From contig NC_068982.1 in the NCBI RefSeq assembly GCF_001194135.2, forward strand, positions 100,018,027-100,082,026: a stretch of 64,000 nt of DNA, in the 5' to 3' direction. The translations under genes and the position numbers were made by a program. The stretch is from Octopus bimaculoides (Eukaryota). Below, piece after piece: positions 1 through 11,959 of the stretch (its first letter is position 1; each line of letters starts with the position of its first letter). The notes under the pieces are model-generated. The model had not been told where the DNA came from. It did not search any database and worked only from the letters and a program-made list of their open reading frames with translations.

Positions 1-148
1 ATCTGCTTCCAAACAAGGTAATATTTCTCTATGGCTAGACATGTTTTCATGGAAGATTGGAAATGAAGGACCCCAATTCTTTGATTGCTTTACAACTATT
101 CACTTGATAACCTCACAAGTGCCAGCGACACAGGAAAAGCATCTCGTA

Positions 149-1041
149 CATGGTCTGATCAATAAGTATCCGGACTGTTGCCATAGTAACAAATTTAAAG
201 CATGCAGAGTAGAGCTGTTGGGCACCAGATTGACCTTAAACACTGCTGTGCATGCACACTAAGTCTTAACATTCTAGTTCACTTCTTCAGTTTACTGTAG
301 TGCTTGGAAAGAAAGTGTATAGCATGTGATCATCACATTGACTTTGACAGAGAAAGTTGAGCAGAGAATTTGCATCAAATTTTGCCAAAAGTTTGGCGAT
401 ACCTACTCAGAGACCTACACAAAGTTTTCAAAAAGCTCTCATCATTCTCAATACAATCAAGGAGATCTTGTGCAACTGAAATCCAAGTGTCTTTTTGATC
501 AGTTGAAAGCAGATTTGGCACAAAGTTGGCAGACACGCGTCTCATACCCAAATCTTCAGTGATAATGGACTGAACTGAACCATAACTAATCTGCACATCT
601 TCTGATAACTCACAGATGGTGATTTAATGATCTCCCCTCACAGCTGCATGCAATCTGCGATGTTTTTCTCAGTTCTGTTGGTTTTGGGTCTCCCAGAATA
701 TTCATCAATATCAACATTTTTTTCGGCCATCTTGGAAATGTCTGAACCACTCATACACTTGTGTGCAGTTGTACATTCTTCTCCATACACTTTCTGCAAC
801 TTTGTGTAGGCCTCTGAACAGGTATCACCATGACAACTTTCTCTGTCATGGTCAATGTGATGATTACACGCTACACAGCTTCCTTCCAAGTACTGCTGTA
901 AAGAGCAGAAGTGAGCTAGAATGCTAAAACTTAGTGCACATGCACAGACCATTCAGGTTCAATTTTGCTAAGCGGCTTCAATCTGCTTGCTTTAGTTTCG
1001 TTACTATGACAACAGTCCGGACACTTATTGATCAGACCTCA
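149..1041 (-). mobile_element. Non-autonomous mariner derivative with long TIRs made of two 5' ends
   Basis: TIR core GGTCTGATCAATAAGT.TCCGGACTGTTG at both ends and TA on both flanks (147-148, 1042-1043). Transposase remnants EQRICIKFC, DEYSGRP and LGMRRVSANFVP. Confidence 0.88.
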
Positions 1042-1307
1042 TATAAACCATAAATTGGTTGGCATTAGGAAGGGCATCCAGCTGTAGGAATAAACCAAAA
1101 CTGAGGTTGGAGCTTCATGCAGTCCTGTGGCTTGCCAGATCTTGTAAAATTTTCCCAGCTATGCCAACATAAAAAAACCAACATTAAATGATGATGATAA
1201 TGATATAATCATAAACACCTATACACATATATATATATATATATATATACGGAGATGCACTTGCATAGCAAGTGACCTGATCTGAGATCGTGTGCTGGAA
1301 CGAAAAC

Positions 1308-1540
1308 AATTGCAGCGTGGAAGGTGTTTATAAGCCATTTAAAATAACACACAAAATCCGTTAGATTCACTTCAACANNNNNNNNNNTGACAAAATTCTG
1401 TGCTGCATTTTGTCAGTGAACAGGTCGCGGTCTCAAAGCGACGAAAATATTTTGACAAATTAAATTTAAATGTTGAAGAGAATCTAACGGATTTTGTGTG
1501 TTATTTTAAATGGCTTATAAACACCTTCCACGCTGCAATT
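1308..1540. repeat. 70-bp inverted repeat (1308-1377 / 1471-1540) enclosing a hammerhead-like motif
   Basis: The arms are reverse complements with 1 mismatch. The spacer contains a 10-N gap, and (TA)n tracts lie at both ends of the surrounding element. Confidence 0.85.
1409..1459 (+). ncRNA. Minimal type I hammerhead-like motif with a G3:C8 core variant
   Basis: Stem I TTTGTCA/TGACAAA (7 bp), core GTGAACA plus an extra G, stem II GTCGC/GCGAC, GAAA, palindromic stem III AATATT and a UUU cleavage triplet. Confidence 0.6.
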
Positions 1541-1557
1541 ATATATATATATATATA

Positions 1558-1644
1558 CAAGGTGCACTGAGTAAACTGTCATCTAAATTACGCATGCACA
1601 ATATTAAGAGTATAAAATGGCGACAATTTACCCATCGCACCCTC
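1558..1644. mobile_element. Tiny degenerate Tc1/maT-type MITE
   Basis: Imperfect 23-bp TIRs (17/23 match), resembling the CAGGGTGC..AGTAAATTGT end of the maT element at 12655. Preceded by TA. Confidence 0.45.
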
Positions 1645-1819
1645 ATTATATATATATATGCATATATCATCATCATCATCACTTAACATCCATTTTCCAT
1701 GCTGGCATGGGTTAGATGGTTTGACTGGAGATGGCAAGCCAGAGAGCTGCAGCTGGAGACATGTCTGTTACTATTAGAGTCTGATGAGTCATCAAAATAT
1801 ATATATATATATATATATG

Positions 1820-1865
1820 AATTTGCCAATAAAAATATGACTATCCCTAAATACAACAATATAAG

Positions 1866-1941
<76 letters not shown>

Positions 1942-2142
1942 GCCATTATAGATCGCTAACCACTACACACATGTTTTTTTCTCTGCTTGTTTCTCTCCTT
2001 GTTTCTTTCTGTATTCCTTTCTGTAGAAGAGCATAGGCCTGAAACATTAAAGACTTTTTCAATTCCCGTGTGTTATACTAATGCATCTGTTTGTTTTCTA
2101 CACCACCTGTCTTCGTCTTTCGTATTTTTGTGAATTCTCCCT
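1820..2142 (+). mobile_element. Penelope-like terminal fragment in (TA)n with a decayed hammerhead motif
   Basis: Flanked and interrupted by (TA)n. Positions 2017-2052 read CTTT-CTGTAGA-A-GAGC ATAG GCCT-GAAA-CATT-AAAG, a hammerhead skeleton with substitutions. Confidence 0.5.
1869..1938. repeat. (TA)n microsatellite
   Basis: Pure TA run, one of many in the window. Confidence 0.98.
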
Positions 2143-2411
2143 ATATATATATATATATATATATACATATATATCATTGCTATTATGTTAAACTGCTGTA
2201 TGCCCAAATTTGGCCAAATGTGTCTTTTCCAATTTTTATTTTTGCTTGCAATAGCTGATTCTTTTGGTCAAACTATCATATCTTCAACTGCTTCAGATGC
2301 CAAGATATCAAAAATTGTCAATAGTTTTGTGATAGAATGGTGAAACTATTGTTTTGTTTTCTGAAAAAACAACATTTTGGACTTACAACACTTTTGCATA
2401 ATACCAACAAA

Positions 2412-2442
<31 letters not shown>

Positions 2443-2453
2443 TATGTATATAT

Positions 2454-2506
<53 letters not shown>

Positions 2507-2699
2507 AATATATGCACATACATATATATTTATATAGATATATATATGCTCATGTATATATAATATATATTCACACACACACATATTTATACAAATATGT
2601 GTATACACACTCATATATATATCATTAACTTAATGATTTGGATATTTTGTCACGTTCTTATAAATGATTAGTTATATATCTCGAATTTTGCTGTAGCTA

Positions 2700-2745
<46 letters not shown>

Positions 2746-3468
2746 TACTGCTACCACTCCCCCCCCCCCATCATCACCACAGTTGGTATTTCTGTGCAAG
2801 AGATAGTGGGAGAGTGGGTCCCATGTTTTGTAACAGGGCGTATGTTTCAGCATCTATGTCTGAAAACTGATATTTCATTCTGAGAGTGGTGTGAGAATTT
2901 GAAGAAACAGAACATAACATTGCTGCCACTGCCCTATATAGAATCAGCTGAAATTCTAAACCCTTCAAATTACATGTAAAACAATGTAGTCTGTTGGAAC
3001 CAAATATGACACTTTTTTTTATCATTATTATTATTATTATTGCAAAAAGAAACTTTACTACAATTTAGCGAGGTGAAAAGGGAACAATGAAGAAGATAAA
3101 ACAAACTCTAAACTAACTTTAAACTACACTTGATTTGATTTATTTAAGAGTTAATTTTGTTAGATAATTAATCTGTGGGTCCACCCATCTACAAAGTATT
3201 CAGAGGGTAAAAAATATGTCAATTTGAAAATATTTCTTTCTCTTAGTTTTCTTCATAACTTTTACTTTTTGTTCCTCAATTTTTTTTTTTTTTGGGGGGG
3301 GGGGTTTGCTCTACTTCCATAAAAATTAATTCCCTTAGAGAGATTGATATAAAGTTTCGAAACTATAAAATAGCTCAATAACTTTGGTAAGTATCTTTCA
3401 TGCATACATACTCATTATTGGTTCTTGATAACATATTTATACAGTCTCAGAGAGGAGAAGGGAGAGTG

Positions 3469-3503
<35 letters not shown>

Positions 3504-3990
3504 TAACTAGTTGATTTGGAAGGGTGTTGTAAGCTTTGCATTATGTCCAGCCATGTAGTTGTAAATAGTTAACCATGTGGTATTACAGTTTGTCTCTATA
3601 GGCAGTGAAGTCACTGTAATAATTGAAATAATAATGGTTTCAAATTTTGTCACAGGGCCAGCAAGTTCAGGGGAGGGTGTAAGTTGATTAAATTGATCTC
3701 AGTCCTCAACTGGTACTTAATTTGTCAACCCTAAAAGGATGAAAGGTAAAGTCAACCCCAGCAGCGTTTGATCTCAGCACCTAAAGACAGATGAAATGCT
3801 GCTTAACATTTTACACAGCATGCTAACAATTCTACTAGCTCACTGCCTTTGTAATAATTGTAATAATAATGAGCATCGTTTTAGTTGTTGCTGTTTAGCT
3901 CCTGATCAAAGAGACTTAAATTCTTCCTATATTCAGAGATGTTCCAGTGACTACCCCATCTATTCATTTCTTTCAGGTATAGTATATCTA

Positions 3991-4377
3991 GTGGAGGCGC
4001 AATGGCCTAGTGGTTAGGGCAGTGGACTCACAGTCATAGAATCGCAGTTTCGATTCCCAGACTGGGCGTTGTGAGTGTTTATTGAGTGAAAACACCTAAA
4101 GCTCCACGAGGCTCCGGCAGGGGATGGTGGCGAACCCTGCTGTACTCTTTCACCACAACTTTCTCTCACTCTTACTTCCTGTTTCTGTTGTGCTTGTAAT
4201 TCAAAGGGTCAGCCTTGTCATACTGTGTCACGCTGAATATCCCCGAGAACTACGTTGAGGGTACATGTGTCTGTGGAGTGCTCAGCCACTTGCACGTTAA
4301 TTTCATGAGCAGGCTGTTCCGTTGATCAGATCAACTGGAACCCTCGACGTCGTAAGCGACGGAGTGCCAACAACAAA
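3991..4377 (+). mobile_element. Full-length tRNA-headed SINE
   Basis: A-box TGGCCTAGTGG, B-box-like GTTTCGATTCC, and a 10-bp TSD AGTATATCTA (3981-3990, 4378-4387). Confidence 0.88.
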
Positions 4378-5016
4378 AGTATATCTAAGATTATTATTCA
4401 ATGTGTTCTTCCATTTTTAATATTGTTGGGTGTCCTTTATGTGGGAAATTTGGTTGTCATTACAAGCAGATTAAACTTCATTGGTTAGGAATAATGAATG
4501 TGTTATTTGATTGCAGTATTAGAATGAAAGCCTTCAATGGAAATAAAAATCTTTCCACAAATTGGTTTCTTATTCAAGATAATTGGTGTCACCCATATCA
4601 CAATGTATCAACAAAGTAACTAGAATCCCCAACATAACTTTACATCTTCGAAAGATTATAAATTAAGTTAATCCTTTCACTGAATCTAGAGTGAGATTCA
4701 TTAGAAAAGTCCTTAATATCATTTTCTTTAATGATATACTAGAGTGAAATTGAGTTCATTACTCCAAATGATTGAAACACTCATTAATTTTATAATCTCC
4801 CATTATTTTCTACAGTTGATTTTACATTTTCAGGGTATCAACTTAGAACTAAATTCTGGATAAGAATTCTCTTGATTCCACTCTGTCTTTTCTTTAAAAA
4901 GGACACATTGGATAATATAGTCCTAGATATATTATGTCTAAAAGGAATGACAAAATGGTCACAGCTAGAATGTCTTTGAAAATAGGACTTCATGAACAAA
5001 ACTGACCTGGAGTTAA

Positions 5017-5235
5017 CCCTTTAACATTCACATTACTCTGTCAAATGTATTCCTTATTTATTCGCATTGCTTTGAATTAGTCACACATTATCTCATAGCT
5101 TCAAGATTTCGATGATGCGATTGTTATTTTTAAAAAGATATTGTAGGTAGGTTTTAGGGGCTGAATTTGGCCAGTTTTAACATAAAAACAGGCAGAATAT
5201 TTGGGCTGGATATGACTGGTTTATATTTTAAAGAG
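5017..5235 (+). mobile_element. TTAA-flanked (piggyBac-type) MITE
   Basis: TTAA at 5013-5016 and 5236-5239, with CCCTTTA-type termini. Related copies lie near 12870-13090, 31125-31330 and 43410-43930. Confidence 0.7.
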
Positions 5236-5939
5236 TTAAACACACCACATAGTGAATCACAATAGTAGGATATGAACCATAAACCATTTTTGCTATTATA
5301 CCCATGTCTTAAGTGCTTAGCAATCTGTAATTCTTAAACAATTCAACTATTTCAAAAAAAAAAAACAAAAAAAAATTACAGTTGCTGAAACCAAGTACTT
5401 TATTTATTAACTTAGTAAATAACTTTTCATGTTAACACTAAGAGAATAGTATCAGATTTTTATGAAACTTGTAGTGTGTATAATTAAATACCAAACCAAT
5501 TCGCATTTTTGAATATGCAAACTATTGAAAGCCAATATTTATGAATAAACCAGATTTTAAATTTTCTGAAATTTGTTTAAAATATTATTTTTTTTGAATA
5601 TTTTTACATAAACTTGTACAATGTAGAAAGTAATGTGAGTCATATTACTTAAAAAAAAAAAATACTGCACACCACAATAGACAAACATTTGAATACAAGT
5701 CAATGAATACTTTATATATGTTTATTTTTAATTAGAAATAAACCAATTGGAAACAGATCTCAGTTTTAAGCCTGCTATCCCAGAATAGATAGAGTCAATC
5801 TGACATAGTTTCTATCTATCCAATTACGCTTACATCACTTAAGTCATTCCGAGTCTGTAACAGAAAATATTTGCCCAAGATGCTGATTTATGGGATCAGA
5901 CTTTGAACTCCGTGGTTGCGAAGCAAGTATCTTAACCAT

Positions 5940-6436
5940 AGGCACAGGTATGGCTGTGTAGTAAGAAGTTTGCTTCCCAGCCATATAGCTCTGGGTTCAG
6001 TCCCACTGTCTGGCACCTTGAGCAAATATCTTCTATTATAGCCTCAGACTAATCAAAGAAACTGAAACTGAAAGAAGCCTATTATATATAGGAAAGTATT
6101 GTAGTTTGCTTGAAGCATTGTGTATTGTTTGTAAAGAATAAAAAGTTTTGAATGGTACAACAATACACTATAATACAAAAAATGGACTATATACCTGTTG
6201 TAATTTAGTTATCTATAGTCCGATGATATTTCAGAATACAATTCCTTCTTCAGATATTCTTAGATGGAGTCACTCCTATAATCGGTTATAGCAGTGGCTC
6301 CATCTAAGAATATCTGAAGAAGGAATTGTATTCTGAAATATCATCGGACTATGGATAACTAAATTACAACAGGTATATAGTCCATTTTTTGTATTATAGT
6401 GTATTGTTGTACCATTCAAAGCTTTTTATTCTATTT

Positions 6437-6484
<48 letters not shown>

Positions 6485-6810
6485 GATAGATAGGTAGATA
6501 GGTATGTAGGTAGGTAGGTATGTAGGTGTGTGTGCATGTGTGTGTGTGTGTGTGTGTGTGTGCACGTGTGTATGTGTGTTGCATGTGTGTCTTAGTGCTT
6601 GTGTTTGTCTCCCACCACTGCTTGACAACTGGTGTTGGTCTGTTTATGTCACCATAACTCAGCAGTTTGGCAAAAGTGACCAATAGAATAAGTACCAGGC
6701 TTTAAAAATAAAAAGAAGTATTGGGGGAGGGGATTGACTCAGTCAACTAAAAGCTCTTCAAAGCAGCGCCCCAGCATGACCACAGTCAAATGACTGAAAC
6801 AAGTAAAAGA
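5940..6810 (+). mobile_element. tRNA-headed SINE split by a foldback insertion in its internal (TA)/(TG) tract
   Basis: Head (GGCTGTGTAGTAAG...GGTTCAGTCCC) at about 5940-6085 and 3' half at about 6590-6810. Same family as 28385-28801. Confidence 0.8.
6135..6432. repeat. Near-perfect 147-bp foldback (hairpin) with a 4-nt loop
   Basis: 6135-6281 pairs with 6286-6432 with no indels, 4 mismatches and loop TCGG. Confidence 0.97.
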
Positions 6811-6894
6811 TACAATCATGCCTGAATTTATGTTTGTAAGTTTACAGACACAGCAAAGCATGTGATTGTAATCCATACAATATTTAATACTGTC

Positions 6895-7332
6895 AAGGCA
6901 GTGAGCTGGCAGAACTGTTAGAGTGCCGGGTGAAATGCTTAATGGTATTTCATCTGCCATTACATTCTGAGTTCAAATTCCGCCAAGGTCAACTTTGCCT
7001 TTCATCCTTTCGGGGTCGATAAATTAAGTACCAATTACGCACTGGGGTCGATGTAGTCGACTTAATCTGTTTGTCTGTCCTTGTTTGTCCCCTCTGTGTG
7101 TAGCCCCTTGTGGTCAGTAAAGAAATAAGAAACGTTAGCATGCCAGGTGAAATGCTTAGTGGTATTTCATCTGTCTTTACACTCTGAGTTCAAATTCCGT
7201 CAAGGTCAAATTTGCCTTTCATCCTTTTGGGGTCGATAAATTAAGTACCACTTGCATACTGGGGTCGATCTAATCGATTGGTCCCCTCACCCAAAATTTC
7301 AGGCCTTGTGCCTAGAGTAGAAAAGAATATTG
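6895..7332 (+). mobile_element. Dimeric SINE (two tandem units)
   Basis: Two copies of ...GAAATGCTTA..GGTATTTCATCTG...GAGTTCAAATTCCG...GGGGTCGATAAATTAAGTACC, with TSD AATACTGTC (6886-6894, 7333-7341). Confidence 0.85.
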
Positions 7333-7899
7333 AATACTGTCTATTTATATTCTGAATTGAAATCTTGCTTTTCATTTCAATGAATTAAACAGTGTGTAAA
7401 TTCAGTTACCTATAACTCTCTGGGATAAATCTTTATCTAAAGCTTAATTCAAAAATATCAATTAGGAATCAGGAATATCTAAAGAAAGAATTCTATCTTT
7501 ATTTTCTATTGCAATTTTGGTATTATATACATTGAATATTTCTTCATTTCATTGTAGTTTTTTTGAGCAGTTATCTCTTATTTCATAATTTATCATTACT
7601 AAAAGGAGGCGGGTCTATGAATCACATGGAACTCGCTGACTATGTGTGCAGGTTCCATTATCATTTCAATTATCATTTAAAATGATAATTGATAATACGT
7701 TTGTATTTAAACCTTATCATCATCTTCATCATCATCATGTTTGAGAGGGAGAGTGGGAAATAGAAGGGTGGAGAATACAGTGAATGGTGAACACAGGTGG
7801 GGATAAGGGGTTGTTGGGAAGATGGAATGTGGGGAAGAAGTTTATCAGAAACAAGATGTGTTTGGGGAGGGGGAGGGGGTAGTAGACATAAAGAACTTG

Positions 7900-8297
7900 C
7901 TTTTATGGCCTCAATTTTACTCAGCTAGACAGGTCTTCTCAAGTACAGCAAGTCACTTCAGTTCTTTGTCATTTCCTATGTGAAGCTCAGTATCTGAAGA
8001 TCATCTCTGAAGTCATCAGATTTTCCTCTTCTTCAGGTTCCTTCCACAGTTAGAGATTGACACTTCTTTATGCAACTGTCTTTATCCATATACATCACAT
8101 AACCATACAAGTACAATATTCTCTCTTGTACACTACATTTGATGCTTCTTGTACCCAATTTTTCTCTCGAAATATTTACACTTTGTCGTATATGCACACT
8201 GACATTGCACATCCAGCAGAGCATGCTGACTTTAGTTCTTTCAAGCCTTCATGTGCCCTTTGCATTCACAGCCCATGCCTCTCGAGCAGGACATAGT
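7900..8297 (-). mobile_element. RTE LINE ORF2 C-terminal fragment
   Basis: WMCNVSVHIRQSVNISREKLGTRSIKCSVQERILYLYG, similar to the copies at 20.6-20.9 kb and 62.4 kb. Confidence 0.8.
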
Positions 8298-10181
8298 GTC
8301 TGAAGTAAAACTTGTCCAAAATAGATGGATGGCCAGAATGTGAGGTGAAACTCTACTGGAAAGATTGTATGATCTGAAACGTAGCTGAGAGAAATTGATG
8401 ATATACCAGTCTGGAAGAATAGCTGAGATATCTTACTGTCTGCTACTTCATGCTATAGGCTATCTGTTCATTGTTTCACATGGTTGATGGATTGCATTAG
8501 TCAGCATTTAGATAAGTTTTTAGAGAATGACGTTCACCATTCAATGAATGAATGACTGACTGAATAATATATTTATAGAACACAACAGCTGTTTAAAGTC
8601 AGAGACAGCAAAGCTAGACAGTAGCACTATGAAGAATGAGGAAATTGTAGCTCAGTCAAAGGCTAGTGACAGCCCAACTCAGCAAACTCTTTATTAATAA
8701 TGAAAACCTTAACTTCAGCATGCTGGGAACCAAACATTATACAGTTTAGTTTCTATTAAAAAAAAGAAGTAATTGATATTACTTTCAGCAGTATGCTTGC
8801 TTCTCCATTACATTTAATGCTTAATGCTATGGTAAGTAAACGATGCAAGCAGAGAAAGGTGTGGCACAGGGAGATGATGAATACTAGTCATTCTGTCACT
8901 GGTTAGAATACAGAAGGGAAGAAGGGAAGGAGACGGAGAGGGAGGGAAAAGCCTTATCTGAAATTCTCTTCTTCCAATCATGTGTATTCTATTAATTGAT
9001 AAATAAGTGTCTAACACCATAAAGATGTATTCTCGATAAGTTCATACTGTGATTCAATTTACATTCCAAATTACTATTTGATTTCATTTATATTACAAAT
9101 TTTCTCTGTGAAAGCATAACTGTCCCAACAGCTCTTTCTTCTATTCTTACATGTCTGAAACCACATATAATAAACCACGGTTAAATTCTTAATAGATTAA
9201 GACCAACTGGTTTTATTAGTAGATAAGCCATAACCTCTATATATTCGACTATTTATTTTTGCGTCAATTTTATAATTAGCTACATCAGTTCCTTTTCTCA
9301 GTATAATTAATATGCTTTATAATATGGAATCCACATAAAAGAAAGATTTAAATTAGTTCTGACAGAGCTCTAACTTGGAAGCATCAAGTCTCAAGTTTGC
9401 TTTTGTGTCAAGTTTAGTTCTATATCAATAAATTCATGTCTTCTTTCCAGGCAACCTTGAAGGGGGCAACTAGTGGTTGTGTGTGCATGTGCACTTGTCT
9501 GTGCATGTGCACTTGTCTGTGCATGCGCGCGTGTGTGCGTATTTGTGTGTTTGTGTTAGTGTGTTTTCATGCTCTCAGATGTATGATGGCTGTCTTATTT
9601 GTTAATTTCTGCCTAGCATTTGTCAAATGCCCATGCGATGGAAACCAGCATTCCTTTCAACATCTCTCAGTCTTAACAACAAAACTTTCTCCATCAGAGA
9701 GTATTAACTTTGAAGAAGAAAACAATATACATTGCTTTTCAGAAGGGCTGCCTTCATTTGCTATTGGATAGTGATGGGCATGGCTGAATAGGTATGGGGG
9801 ACAGGGTATTCAGGCTTTATCACAACTATCATCACTATCATGTGACATCAGTTAACATCCAATTTTCTTTATTTTACTTTAGCTTAATTTACTTTAACTC
9901 TCAACATAATCCTGCAAAGTCTCTACTCTGTGTTATGTCACAAGTTAACAACAAGTCTCCAAGTGGTCATTCCCCATACTAGAAATGACAACCAAATCTT
10001 CCTCAGTCATGCCCTTCCATCTTAAATAAGGAAAGACATATTAGACTATGTGATCAACTGATATTCTAAAAAACAAAAAAAAGGGAAGGTCAAAGATGGG
10101 ACATTTTTGATTATAAGGTTGCTCAATTGGGGCTGACCTAAGATTAAACAGCAATATTCAGACATAAATGCATGCATATGG

Positions 10182-10219
<38 letters not shown>

Positions 10220-10748
10220 TCCTTATGTTATATGCCCTGATAGAATATACAAACTGGTTCTAAAAAGCCATTACATTTATAGAATAAAGTATTGCAAAAA
10301 AAAAAATATATATATATATATATATGTGGGAAGACAAGAGTGAAGCATTAGTAAAGAGGCATTTGATGATCTGGTGTCAGGCAACACTTTAATATATTAG
10401 TAGCATTTTCTAATTGCCAATGAGTCAAAGAGACGATGCTGCTACAATATGTGTATTTGAAGAGTATTATTGTTGACTCAACTATAACATTGCATCTAGA
10501 AGCATTGGAATTTGGGAAACTAGAATAAATGTAATATAAAATGGATGTAATTTGCAGATGAAAGTCAATACTTTCCAGGCTGGATATTTGGGATATGGGA
10601 CAGAAAAGAAAAATTTAGAAATTTGTGTTAATGTGTTACTCAATAATTTAAAAAAAAAATATTCATGGATATTTTAATATTTTCTTACTGCATGTCTGTG
10701 TGTGTGTGTACACATACTTAACCATTTTTACACTGCTTACACCATAGG

Positions 10749-10805
<57 letters not shown>

Positions 10806-10810
<5 letters not shown>

Positions 10811-11095
10811 TCATCGTGTAACGTCCGCTTTTCATGCTAGCATGGGTTGGACTATTTGACTGAGGACTGGTGAAACCAGATGGCTACACCAGGCTCCAAT
10901 CTGATTTGGCAGAATTTCCACAGCTGGATGCCCTTCCTAACGCCAACCACTCCGAGAGTGTAGTGGGTGCTTTACGTGCCACTGGCACGAAGGCCAGTCA
11001 GGCGGTACTGGCAACGGCCACGCTCAAAATGGTGTATTTTATGTGCCACCTGCACAGGAGCCAGTCCAGGAGCACTGGCAATGATCTCGCTCGAA
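10806..11095 (-). mobile_element. RTE LINE 3' UTR/tail fragment
   Basis: Shared 3' terminus CATCATCGT.TAACGTCCGC.TTTCATGCTAGCATGGGTTGG, also seen at 38.7, 43.8 and 50.8 kb. Confidence 0.85.
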
Positions 11096-11189
11096 TATAT
11101 ATATATATGCAAATATATGTGTGTATATATATATCATCATCGTCATATATATATATATATATATACAAACACATACATACATACATACA

Positions 11190-11582
11190 TGGCTGTGTGG
11201 TAAGAAGCTTGCTTCTCAATCACATGGTTCAGGGTTCAGTCCTGCTGTGTGGCACCTTGAGCAAGTATCTTCTACTATCGCCTTGGGCCAACCAAATCCT
11301 TGTGAGTGGATTTGGTAGATAGAAACTGAAAGAAGCACATCGTATGTGTGTGTGTGTGTCTTTGGACCTGTAATTATCACCCCCCCATCACCATATGACA
11401 ATTGATGTTAGTGTGTTTACATCCCCATAACTTAGCAGTTTGGCAAAAAGGACCACCAGAATAAGTACTAGGCTTTAAAAAAGAATAAGTCCTAGGGGCG
11501 ATTTCTTTGACTAAAACCCTTCAAGGTGGTGTTCCAGCATGGCCGCAGTCAAATGACTGAAACTAATAAAAGGGTAAAAGAA
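11190..11582 (+). mobile_element. tRNA-headed SINE (same family as 28385-28801)
   Basis: Head GGCTGTGTGGTAAG...GGTTCAGTCC and tail CAGCATGGCCGCAGTCAAATGACTGAAAC. Confidence 0.85.
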
Positions 11583-11959
11583 TATATNNNNNNNNNNNNN
11601 NNNNNNNNNNNNNNNNNNNNNNNNNNNNNNNNNNNNNNNNNNNNNNNNNNNNNNNNNNNNNNNNNNNNNNNNNNNNNNNNNNNNNNNNNNNNNNNNNNNN
11701 NNNNNNNNNNNNNNNNNNNNNNNNNNNNNNNNNNNNNNNNNNNNNNNNNNNNNNNNNNNNNNNNNNNNNNNNNNNNNNNNNNNNNNNNNNNNNNNNNNNN
11801 NNNNNNNNNNNNNNNNNNNNNNNNNNNNNNNNNNNNNNNNNNNNNNNNNNNNNNNNNNNNNNNNNNNNNNNNNNNNNNNNNNNNNNNNNNNNNNNNNNNN
11901 NNNNNNNNNNNNNNNNNNNNNNNNNNNNNNNNNNNNNNNNNNNNNNNNNNNNNNNNNNN

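Noticed and set aside
1683-2628. ORFs rich in YI, HT or CV dipeptides (also at 6.4, 39.1, 40.8 and 53.3 kb)
   Set aside because: They are translations of (TA)n and (CA)n microsatellites.
3991-4070. tRNA-like sequences with A and B boxes (here and in other SINE heads)
   Set aside because: No complete cloverleaf, and they continue into SINE bodies with TSDs, so they are not tRNA genes.
8579-8697. Plus-strand AG followed by a protein-like open frame to a stop (similar cases at 13381-13477 and about 13984-14045)
   Set aside because: No recognisable homology, no linked upstream exons and weak acceptors. These are expected by chance.
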